Source: a bacterium (GTDB lineage Bacteria > Zhuqueibacterota > Zhuqueibacteria > Oceanimicrobiales > Oceanimicrobiaceae). Taken from it: 29,102 bases of DNA. The stretch lies in contig JBHHYI010000035.1 of the NCBI GenBank assembly GCA_046757525.1, positions 1 through 29,102 on the forward strand, written 5' to 3'. A program made the translations under genes and the position numbers. The notes below the pieces were generated by a model. That model worked only from the letters and a program-made list of their open reading frames with translations, did no database searches and had not been told where the DNA came from. Numbering within the stretch: the stretch's first letter is position 1; the number at the start of each line of letters is the position of its first letter. Shown one piece after another: positions 1 to 7,653 of the stretch.

Positions 1-1294
1 TGGCTATGTCCAACCCGTAGACGCGAATGCCACCGGGCACCTTCACCGCAACGTCGTTGGAGTCCACTACGGTCAACATCTGGTAATTGCCCACATCGGT
101 CACATCGCCGAATGGCCCGCCAATGTAACGAAAATCTACCGCCTTGGTCGCATTGCTCGCTGCAATCACAAAATCGGAACCACCAATACCCAAACGACCC
201 GTGCTCGCCTCCAACCACTGCTCGCCGGTGTCCGCTATTTGAGTGATATTCGACGTCGTAATGGCGCTGGCATCCCCATTGGTCGCAACCACCCAAACCG
301 CACCTTGCAAATTCGCAAAATACGCCTCATCCCGTCCATCGCTGTTGGCATCCACCAAATCAATCCCATGAACACTCACCGTCTTGCCTGCCACCGGCAT
401 GTCCACGGAATTCACATTGTACGCATCCGGCCCCGTCGCCTCTACCACGATCAGCTTGTCGGTGGAACCATCACTGGTCACCACCTCCGGCGTCCCGTCA
501 TTGTCCATGTCCCCAATCCCAATCGCTGCGATGTCAGGAGACGTCGTCCCCAAATCCACCGACAACTCCGTCGTCCACACCGGTAACGAAAAATCGCTCA
601 CCGACGCAATCACAAGCGCTGGCAAAGTCGTAAAGGTGGTCATCACCACCTCCTGCTTGCCATCCCCATCAAGATCCGCCGCCCTGGCTACGCGCACGAT
701 GTCCAAACCCGGTGTGTCCAGATTCCACTCCACCGCTGGTGCTGTGCCAAAATCATTGTCTGTGCCCGTAAACTCAAAGGCAAACAACACCGATGCGTCG
801 TCGCTGGTGTCGGGAATGTGCACCACAAGAATCTCCTGATTGCCATCCCCATCTAAATCGCTCACGTCCACCGTCACAAACTGCGAGGCCGGGCCGTCAA
901 ACGTAAACGACCAAACCGCCTGGTAGCTGTCATCTCCGCTGTTCTCAAACACCACCACCGAACGACGAGCCACCCCATCGACAATGTGAAAGATAGGCAC
1001 GATAAACTCTTGCTTGCCATCCTGATCCACATCCGTGCCCGCTAACACATTCTTGATGTGATTGATTGAGTCGGGCAAGAGAGTAGTGGGGATCACAACA
1101 ATACCTCCCCCGGCTTGAGAATTAAGACCTGTCTGGATGGCGCTGGAACTCCAAACGATATCTGTGGAAGACTCAGCTTGTGCACTGGCCGTCCAGACCA
1201 GGTTTAGCTTTTGATTTTGCTGGGAAAATAAAGCGACAGGAACTAACATTACAACTAAGCATCCATAAAATGCAAGACGTAAACAGTGTCTCAT
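1..1294 (-). CDS. Secreted FG-GAP/VCBS-like repeat beta-propeller protein (partial; C-terminus runs off the window start)
   Basis: Not in the ORF track because there is no stop inside the window. ATG at 1294 with AGGAGG 5 nt upstream. Manual translation MRHCLRLAFYGCLVVMLVPVALFS|QQNQ... stays open to position 1 and contains at least five Ca-binding Dx(D/N)xDG motifs (DVDQDGKQE, DLDGDGNQE, DLDGDGKQE, DMDNDGTPE, DANSDGRDE). Confidence 0.9.
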   Translation of the reverse strand, partial: MRHCLRLAFYGCLVVMLVPVALFSQQNQKLNLVWTASAQAESSTDIVWSSSAIQTGLNSQAGGGIVVIPTTLLPDSINHIKNVLAGTDVDQDGKQEFIVPIFHIVDGVARRSVVVFENSGDDSYQAVWSFTFDGPASQFVTVDVSDLDGDGNQEILVVHIPDTSDDASVLFAFEFTGTDNDFGTAPAVEWNLDTPGLDIVRVARAADLDGDGKQEVVMTTFTTLPALVIASVSDFSLPVWTTELSVDLGTTSPDIAAIGIGDMDNDGTPEVVTSDGSTDKLIVVEATGPDAYNVNSVDMPVAGKTVSVHGIDLVDANSDGRDEAYFANLQGAVWVVATNGDASAITTSNITQIADTGEQWLEASTGRLGIGGSDFVIAASNATKAVDFRYIGGPFGDVTDVGNYQMLTVVDSNDVAVKVPGGIRVYGLDIA

Positions 1295-1411
1295 GACGTC
1301 CTCCTTCCTTTGAGTTAGTGTGCACGACTTAGATTTACGCTAAAAATCTGGCTCCAGGCAACCCTCCTTTCAAAAGCTTTTTTGTCGACTTGTGCAGGAT
1401 GAACTTTTTTT

Positions 1412-1500
1412 GTCATTTCGAACGGCCAGGCAGTTGCCTGACGACGAGAACTCTCCTGGTATTATTGAACTCACAGATTTCTCGTTTCGCTGGAAATGAC
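1412..1500. repeat. Intergenic palindromic REP/RPE-like element
   Basis: Terminal inverted repeat GTCATTTC (1412-1419) / GAAATGAC (1493-1500), inner hairpin CAGGCA-GT-TGCCTG (1427-1440), and inner arms CGAGAACTCT / AGATTTCTCG (9/10 complementary). Same left-end layout as 29064-29100. Confidence 0.7.
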
Positions 1501-1541
1501 GAGCCACACTACTTTGCGGAACCCTAAACTTTTCTCAACTC

Positions 1542-2570
1542 TCAAGAAGATTGGCGTATGACTAACTCAGGCTGAAAGATTTTCTTTCGATTCAAAATGC
1601 TTTCACCTCGAATCAATTTTTCTAAACTCAGCATGGCATAAGCGCCAACTTTATAAGTTGGTTGCCGAATGGTCGTAAGCGGAGGATCAAAAAAGGAAGC
1701 AATCGGCAGATCGTCGTAGCCAACTACCGACACATCCTCGGGCACCGACCGCCCCCGTTCTCGCAAGGCTTTGATAACCCCGATGCTGCGAAGGTCGCTG
1801 GCGCAAAAAACCGCATCAAATTCCACCTGGCGATGCAAAAGCTCGAGCATGGCACTGTACCCGCCATGTTCGTCAACCGCTAATGGCTCCACCACCAGCT
1901 TCTCATCGAAAGGGATTTCGGCCTCTTCCAGGGCAATCCGGTATCCTTTTAGCCGACTCCTGGAAACCATTTGCCCTTGGAGTCCGCCAACCAGGGCAAT
2001 ACGCTTCCGTCCTCGCACAATCAGATGCCGGGTAGCCTGATAAGCGCCTTCGATGTTGTCCGTCCACACGGCACATTGCTGCCTGGTTCGTGGGGTGTAC
2101 TCGCCGAGCACCACCAGAGGTACGTTCGCTTTTGTCAACTCCACCACCCGCGCGTCTTCTTCCTTTAAGTCGAGAATAATTCCGGCACTTGCTGAATGAT
2201 CCCGGATCAGTTTGTGGTAGTCAAGAAACTCTTCGGCATTGTCATCTTCCACTGAAAGCACTATCCGATGTCGCGTCGTGTCGAGTGTGTCACAAAAAGC
2301 CCGCATAATTTCCGCGTAATAGGAATTAAAAGCGATCGACTTTAATACGTTTGGTACCCCAAGGATGACAATGTTATCGATGAGTGAACGTTTCGTGACC
2401 AGACCTTTGGCGTAAAGGTTGGGCCGGTAGTGCATTGCCTTTGCTGTACTGGCGACCAACTCCCTGGTTTCAAGAGCAATGTCCTTATGACCACCCAAAG
2501 CTCGAGATACGGTTGGAATTGATATACCCAGATGTTTGGCGATATCTTTTAGGGTAACTTCTTTAGACAA
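1542..2570 (-). CDS. LacI/GalR family transcriptional regulator
   Basis: N-terminal HTH TLKDIAKHLGISIPTVSRAL, hinge YRPNLYAKGL, C-terminal sugar-binding domain ending VPEDVSVVGYDD...PPLTTIRQP. TTG start. Confidence 0.95.
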   Translation of the reverse strand: MSKEVTLKDIAKHLGISIPTVSRALGGHKDIALETRELVASTAKAMHYRPNLYAKGLVTKRSLIDNIVILGVPNVLKSIAFNSYYAEIMRAFCDTLDTTRHRIVLSVEDDNAEEFLDYHKLIRDHSASAGIILDLKEEDARVVELTKANVPLVVLGEYTPRTRQQCAVWTDNIEGAYQATRHLIVRGRKRIALVGGLQGQMVSRSRLKGYRIALEEAEIPFDEKLVVEPLAVDEHGGYSAMLELLHRQVEFDAVFCASDLRSIGVIKALRERGRSVPEDVSVVGYDDLPIASFFDPPLTTIRQPTYKVGAYAMLSLEKLIRGESILNRKKIFQPELVIRQSS

Positions 2571-2587
2571 GGACTGGACCAGCGGTT

Positions 2588-2599
2588 TAAAACGTTTTA
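2588..2599. promoter_or_regulatory. Predicted LacI-type operator (autoregulatory)
   Basis: Perfect 12-bp CG-centred palindrome TAAAACGTTTTA between the predicted promoter and the LacI start codon. Confidence 0.7.
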
Positions 2600-2625
2600 G
2601 ATAGTTTAGAAAAAATATAATTACT

Positions 2626-2653
2626 ATATTAACATTTTTTTTCTACTTGTCAA
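2626..2653 (-). promoter_or_regulatory. Sigma-70-type promoter for the LacI gene
   Basis: Minus strand TTGACA (2653-2648), 16 nt, then TAATAT (2631-2626) preceded by a TGn extended -10. Confidence 0.55.
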
Positions 2654-2670
2654 GTGAAAAATTAACAAAA

Positions 2671-4026
2671 TTACTGAATATGATTTGCAAGAAATCGTTT
2701 TAACACATCATAATCATGATTCCGGGAACCAATTTGAAAATTCCGGTTCAGTTTGGCCGTGGTTGCTTCAGAAGTTAGTACTTGCAAAGTTTCACCAACC
2801 GCTTGCCGCACGGTATGATTCGGGAGAACAGCCAACCCTGAGTTGGTGTGCCCCGCGAGAGTATCACCAAGCGAGACGTAAGCATATCCTTGTGGTTGAA
2901 TGTCTGCTTTAAACACCGGGTACTCAAACAGGACAACCGGCTTCCTTGCAAATACCGCCTCAATGAACTGATTGCCCCAACCCTCGAACAGACTGGTGTA
3001 AGTGACCAGATCGGCAAAAACGTACGCGTCCCACAGGGAGTAGAGCTTAGAAGGCTCTTGCCTTCTCCTGGCAGCGATCAGGTGGTGCACAAATTTTGTC
3101 CCAATAGCAGCAGCCGCAATCTCTGACTTCAGGTCTTCAAGGTAAGACTGGGCAGAACGTTCACAATAGCCCGCCAGGACGAGAACGATTGAACTGTCCT
3201 TTGTAAGAATCTTTCCATTGTAGAGTCTCCGCCCAATTAATTCGTGTTTGTGCTTTGACAGCTCTTTCACAAACTGGATTGCCAGCTCAATGGCCTTTCG
3301 TTCAACGATGCGTGTGGCGTGCAAAACGATCAGATCGTGCGCCTTTAATCCAATGTGAGCAAGAAAATCAGCATTATAGTCGTCGCGACGCCAGGGGGGC
3401 TCTTTGAAATCAAAAACATCGGGAAAAACGACGGAATCGATGCCTTTCTTCTTTTTGAGCTCTTTTTGCGCCAAGCTGTTAATGCTCACATGCGTGATGT
3501 TGGCATAGTTTGGGGGAACGTACTGGTGAAGATACGCTCCAATGGCCTCACAGGCCGGTTCTTGATATTCAATCCTTTCCCAGTAATAATCGTGATTAGT
3601 AGAAATGACCGGGATATTGAGGTTCTTGACGATATCAGCAAACGCTGAGGCGGCGGCAATGTGTCGGCCGTGAGAAAAGATGTTGTGGAGCAAGAGTGCG
3701 TGCACAGGCTGCTGCGCCACAAATCGCAAAAAAGCGTCCTTGATCCGTGCAGCGACCGAATGAATCTTGGTGAGTAACGCTTGAGGCGGTAGAGTCTGCT
3801 TGCCAAAATACTTGAAGCTGTTTTCCTTGATTTCTTTAATGCCAGGGGTGTCGAACTCCAATTCTTCGATTACAAAATCACTGCCGTTTTGGACGGGACC
3901 GGAAATCACTTTTACCTCGTGACCAAGACCCTCTAAGATGCTTCTTCTTTTCTCAATTTCCAACGACACACCATCGGTACGACCGACCCGGTAATGCACA
4001 ATAGCAATGGTTTTAGGCTGTGGCAT
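2671..4026 (-). CDS. GT4 glycosyltransferase, mannosylglucosylglycerate synthase (MggS)-like
   Basis: IAIVHYRVGRTDGVSLEIEK, HDYYWER and YTSLFEGWGNQFIEAVFARKPVVLFEYPVFKADI resemble the Thermotogales MggS family as I recall it. ATG at 4026 preferred over TTG at 4035; overlaps the upstream gene. Confidence 0.85.
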   Translation of the reverse strand: MPQPKTIAIVHYRVGRTDGVSLEIEKRRSILEGLGHEVKVISGPVQNGSDFVIEELEFDTPGIKEIKENSFKYFGKQTLPPQALLTKIHSVAARIKDAFLRFVAQQPVHALLLHNIFSHGRHIAAASAFADIVKNLNIPVISTNHDYYWERIEYQEPACEAIGAYLHQYVPPNYANITHVSINSLAQKELKKKKGIDSVVFPDVFDFKEPPWRRDDYNADFLAHIGLKAHDLIVLHATRIVERKAIELAIQFVKELSKHKHELIGRRLYNGKILTKDSSIVLVLAGYCERSAQSYLEDLKSEIAAAAIGTKFVHHLIAARRRQEPSKLYSLWDAYVFADLVTYTSLFEGWGNQFIEAVFARKPVVLFEYPVFKADIQPQGYAYVSLGDTLAGHTNSGLAVLPNHTVRQAVGETLQVLTSEATTAKLNRNFQIGSRNHDYDVLKRFLANHIQ

Positions 4027-5389
4027 GGTTTCCAAGCAGTTGAGCGACTTTCTTCAAATTGTCGAGGTAATGCATATCATAAAAGCCCAATTCTAAGTCA
4101 TAAACCGCTGCATTGATCTTGCGGGCTGTCTTCAACCGCTCTTCAAACATGGCAAAAGATTTGTTTTCAGTCATGACCTGATAGGACACTTCGGAATCGG
4201 GATACAAATACATGAAGAATTCGGCAAATGTTCTGCCGTAGGGATACCCCCGTCTGTTTTCGTGATCTTCCCACAACTGCGATCGATCCCGAATCAATAT
4301 CTGGTAAAAATTTCCGGCCGCAAGACGAAATATGTCGGAGACCCCTTCGACCCAGAATTTGCAGTTCAAACGGATGAATTCTTCGATCATTCTCTTGTAA
4401 CCAAGAGACAGAGGTTTGTTCTTGTCATAAAAGTTGCGTTGATAGGTAAACTGGTCAATTTCAAGATAATCAAAGCCCAAATTCATCAGGTAAGTTACCG
4501 TCTCGAAGCATCTTGCAAACCACAATTCATCGTTGGGATTCATGACGTAATGAAGATGCCCCGCATACGGTTCGAGCACTTCCTGGCCATTTTTTTTGAC
4601 AATGGCCCTTCGAAAATTGGGGCATTGCTGCATCCAGTCTACGTCAGCAATTCTTGGATTGTAGTGATGGCTGGTGAGCAGGTTGAAGGATTTTATCGTC
4701 TCGATGAGTGCCTGAAACGACTTTTCTCCGCCTAAATCTGGATCGATGGTGTAATCCGGAAACATGCGGTCAAAACCGTCCTTATTGGTGCCAAAAAAGT
4801 GGACAATGTTCCCGCTGCCAAAATGCTCGTAAAACAGCTCAATGGCAGGGGCCAGCTCTTCAAAGTCACGGATAAAATGCTCGCCGTGCGGGTTCTTCAC
4901 GCCGACTTGTAACAGATACTTCGGGCTACGTTTTGGCTGTGTTCCGGTTTCCATGTGGATGCAACGTTTGTATTCGTCGGCAGCCTCCTCCCACCTGCCT
5001 TCAAAAGGAATTAGAAATATTTCGTGCAGTCGCGAAGTGAAAACCAGATGAAAGATTTTGTTGTCAACTCGTTTTAGGGTGATCTTAGCGTAATCAAAAG
5101 AGGGGGCGCCACCAATCAAAATGTTGAATGTGTCCTGGTAGAAAACCAAACATTTTGTGGCAGCCGTTCCGGGGTAAGTTACGGAATACTCGTCCCCAAT
5201 CGCAATTCTTGAAGGGTCCTCGATTAACTCGCCCTCGCGCACAGGGAATATGATCTTGTTGGGCTTGAATTGAAACTCGACATCAAATAGGTCCTCGTGC
5301 GTTGCCTCAATTTTGAAACATTTTTCGGTTTGTTGGATGGGTACTTCTGATAGCAAAGAATGTCTAATTTCGTGCTCAATAGTCCTCAT
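4013..5389 (-). CDS. DUF6259-like putative glycoside hydrolase (TIM-barrel type), cytoplasmic
   Basis: 458 aa, no signal peptide. Motifs GFDRMFPDYTIDPDLGGEKSFQALIETIK, HYNPRIAD and LGFDYLEIDQ are typical of DUF6259/GH-like barrels. Co-oriented and overlapping with the GT4 gene. Confidence 0.6.
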   Translation of the reverse strand: MRTIEHEIRHSLLSEVPIQQTEKCFKIEATHEDLFDVEFQFKPNKIIFPVREGELIEDPSRIAIGDEYSVTYPGTAATKCLVFYQDTFNILIGGAPSFDYAKITLKRVDNKIFHLVFTSRLHEIFLIPFEGRWEEAADEYKRCIHMETGTQPKRSPKYLLQVGVKNPHGEHFIRDFEELAPAIELFYEHFGSGNIVHFFGTNKDGFDRMFPDYTIDPDLGGEKSFQALIETIKSFNLLTSHHYNPRIADVDWMQQCPNFRRAIVKKNGQEVLEPYAGHLHYVMNPNDELWFARCFETVTYLMNLGFDYLEIDQFTYQRNFYDKNKPLSLGYKRMIEEFIRLNCKFWVEGVSDIFRLAAGNFYQILIRDRSQLWEDHENRRGYPYGRTFAEFFMYLYPDSEVSYQVMTENKSFAMFEERLKTARKINAAVYDLELGFYDMHYLDNLKKVAQLLGNHATA

Positions 5390-5405
5390 GCTTATTTCAC
5401 CAAAA

Positions 5406-5423
5406 TTCTAAATCGTTTTAGAA
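5406..5423. promoter_or_regulatory. Predicted LacI-type operator for the DUF6259-GT4 operon
   Basis: TTCTAAATCGTTTTAGAA, an 18-bp palindrome with one mismatched pair. Its core is 11/12 identical to the site at 2588-2599 and lies 16 nt upstream of the ATG at 5389. Confidence 0.7.
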
Positions 5424-5434
5424 AAGAGGTCGAC

Positions 5435-5460
5435 AAAAAGTGGGTTTGGTCTCACCCACT
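5435..5460 (-). terminator. Terminator-like hairpin
   Basis: Minus strand AGTGGGT-gagaccaa-ACCCACT followed by TTTT. Confidence 0.45.
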
Positions 5461-5477
5461 CCTAAAATAAAGTTCTA

Positions 5478-5506
5478 AAGATATAAAAAACTCTTTTCAA
5501 AGTCAA
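5478..5506 (-). promoter_or_regulatory. Sigma-70-type promoter for the DUF6259-GT4 operon
   Basis: Minus strand TTGACT (5506-5501), 17 nt, TATCTT (5483-5478). Confidence 0.6.
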
Positions 5507-5637
5507 GCCTGAATTCTGAATTCCGATCACTTTTCTGGGTGCTCATCAAGAAAATTTGGCCCGGGGCCAGTGGCGGGATTGTGGCACACCATCAACTCGC
5601 TAACAGGGACTACCACACGATTGAGACCAGAGGCGTG

Positions 5638-6468
5638 TTATTGGTTGGCTCTTTTCAGCAAGGTGTAAAACGAAAAAATAATTCCCACTTGGAAGACCCC
5701 GAACGAAGCCGCCGAGAGTCTGTCAAACCTTTTGGAAGAACTCAAGAACTTGTTCATCTGCCGGGGATTACCCGTCCTCAAATAGCGGTTGTAATTGGAG
5801 TTTCCCCGTTCTCTGAAATACAAAGCCAGACCTCCTGAAACCAGCGAGATGCCAATGGCTGAGTACAAGGTCAGCTTTGACCTGGACTTCTTTGGGTGCC
5901 GGGAAGGGAAGCTGGAGACCACGTCTAAGCGTTTGGTGTTCGGTATGAGTTTGATTTCATAAAATCTTTGATCATTTCGGCCAATTACAAAAGTGGTATC
6001 GAGGTATCCCGGTTTGGTCAAAGACACGTTCTTAATCTGATTTTCCTCGAATGAAAGGAATATGGGGGTGGTGCCTACCCGCTTGCGATTTAGATCGACC
6101 GCGGCGCCGAACGGAATCGAATTGATCGAATAGCTTTTCTTAAACAACACATAAATGATGAGAGTATCCGACGCAGCAATGGTGACCTCTTGTGACCAGG
6201 GCTGGTCGAACCAGTTAACCTGATACGGATTGTTCACCACAACGGCATGGGAACCCGGCGCCAGCGTGAGAACGGGTAGTGGTGTAAATCCTATGAGCTT
6301 CCCATCTATCCTCACATCCAGGCCAGGATGTTGGACTCTTAGAAGCAAGAATCCTTGTTCTTGATTATTGGGTTTCTCTACCGATTTTGTGGCAGCCTGG
6401 GGGAAAGATAGAGTAGAGGAGCCAATAAGTAAGAAACAAGAAAGGGTTATGGTGTAGAGCTTTCCCAT
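5638..6468 (-). CDS. PEGA-domain envelope protein with C-terminal hydrophobic helices
   Basis: Signal peptide, two PEGA-like repeats (VRIDGKLIGFTPL...LAPGSH; INSIPFGAAVDLN...VGTTP...TKPGY), and two C-terminal hydrophobic segments. Confidence 0.8.
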   Translation of the reverse strand: MGKLYTITLSCFLLIGSSTLSFPQAATKSVEKPNNQEQGFLLLRVQHPGLDVRIDGKLIGFTPLPVLTLAPGSHAVVVNNPYQVNWFDQPWSQEVTIAASDTLIIYVLFKKSYSINSIPFGAAVDLNRKRVGTTPIFLSFEENQIKNVSLTKPGYLDTTFVIGRNDQRFYEIKLIPNTKRLDVVSSFPSRHPKKSRSKLTLYSAIGISLVSGGLALYFRERGNSNYNRYLRTGNPRQMNKFLSSSKRFDRLSAASFGVFQVGIIFSFYTLLKRANQ

Positions 6469-7652
6469 GGGTCCTTTAGCGCATGCCTGTCCAACTTATT
6501 CGGTTGCAAAAATGCGTAGACGAAACGATCCTCAGAAGCCCCAAAAAGGAACCTACCCCAGACGACCGGGGCGGTGCGAATCCTGCCTTTGGTTTCGAAT
6601 GCCCACACTTTGCTGCCGTCGCTTAGCGATAGGCCGTAATAGTAGTGGTCCAAAGCTCCGAAATAAAGCACCTTTCCGGCCATAACCGGCTGGGTGCTGA
6701 TAACGCTTTTCGCCTGAAAGCGCCACAGTTCTTCGCCACTGCTCGCATCCAGGCAGTAAACCCGACCGTTGTTGCAGCCAAAGGCCACCTTTTCTCCATC
6801 TGTGGCAGCCGCATGAATGATCGCATTATCGGTGCGGTAGGTCCAAAGCTCCTCGCCGGTGTTGAGGTTCAAGGCATAAAACGTGCTGTCGGCCGAGCCC
6901 ACATAAACCGCCTCCTCCCAAATGCACGGCGTGGCAAACACGCTGGCCCCAGTTTTGAGCTGCCATTTGAGCTTGCCAGATTTGGCATTCAAAGCGTAAA
7001 TCAAGCCGTTGTCGCAACCGACGACCAGAGTGTTATGAGCGATGGCCGGGGAAGAGCGATGTTGATCTTCTGTTTTGAAAGTCCACAATCTTTCGCCGGT
7101 TTCAAAGTGGTATTTGTCGATGTGGTTGTAAAGCGCAGAGATGAAAATGCCCTCGTCCGTGATCAACGGTTCGCTGGCGATATGGCCGATATTTTTTTTC
7201 CAGAGTGTCTTGCCTTTCTCCAGGTCATATTTGACCAAAGTGGTGTTGCCATATCTGGAGGCAAACACCAAACAACGGTCGAAGTAGGCGCAGGTCACTT
7301 CATTATGTTCCTTCGTTTTTATACGACCAATCTTCTTGGCGGAGCTCATTCTCAAAGCGTAAAAGCGCCCGTCCAGGGTTGCGAAATACAACACACTGTC
7401 GACTGCCAGCAGGCTTGGGCCGATGGCCGAAGAGGCTTTGAAGGTCCAGAGGTGTTTAAGCGGAGGGCTCAGCGTCTGGGTGCGATGGTTGGTTCGTCCA
7501 ACGTCGCCGCCAAAAAGTGTCCAGTTGGTTTCGGCAGGATTGTTATCGAAATCTCGCTTAACCGTAATAGAATGACAAGAGCAACAGACCAACAAAAGTA
7601 GAGATAAGCTTAGAAGTTTCCTGGACAAAACACCGTTTGTAATGCTAACCAT
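6447..7652 (-). CDS. PQQ-like beta-propeller lipoprotein (BamB-like)
   Basis: Likely start is the ATG at 7652, 1 nt after the upstream TAG. Hydrophobic leader ending in a lipobox-like LVCCSC, NWTLFGGDVGRT, and about 8 repeats of the YAL..xG..LW type. Confidence 0.85.
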   Translation of the reverse strand: MVSITNGVLSRKLLSLSLLLLVCCSCHSITVKRDFDNNPAETNWTLFGGDVGRTNHRTQTLSPPLKHLWTFKASSAIGPSLLAVDSVLYFATLDGRFYALRMSSAKKIGRIKTKEHNEVTCAYFDRCLVFASRYGNTTLVKYDLEKGKTLWKKNIGHIASEPLITDEGIFISALYNHIDKYHFETGERLWTFKTEDQHRSSPAIAHNTLVVGCDNGLIYALNAKSGKLKWQLKTGASVFATPCIWEEAVYVGSADSTFYALNLNTGEELWTYRTDNAIIHAAATDGEKVAFGCNNGRVYCLDASSGEELWRFQAKSVISTQPVMAGKVLYFGALDHYYYGLSLSDGSKVWAFETKGRIRTAPVVWGRFLFGASEDRFVYAFLQPNKLDRHALKDPWESSTP

Positions 7653-7653
7653 G

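Noticed and set aside
239..839. Plus-strand ORFs of 115 and 151 aa
   Set aside because: Antisense shadows of the FG-GAP gene, with no recognisable motifs.
5539..5838. 99-aa plus-strand ORF
   Set aside because: Mostly antisense to the PEGA gene, with no supporting features.
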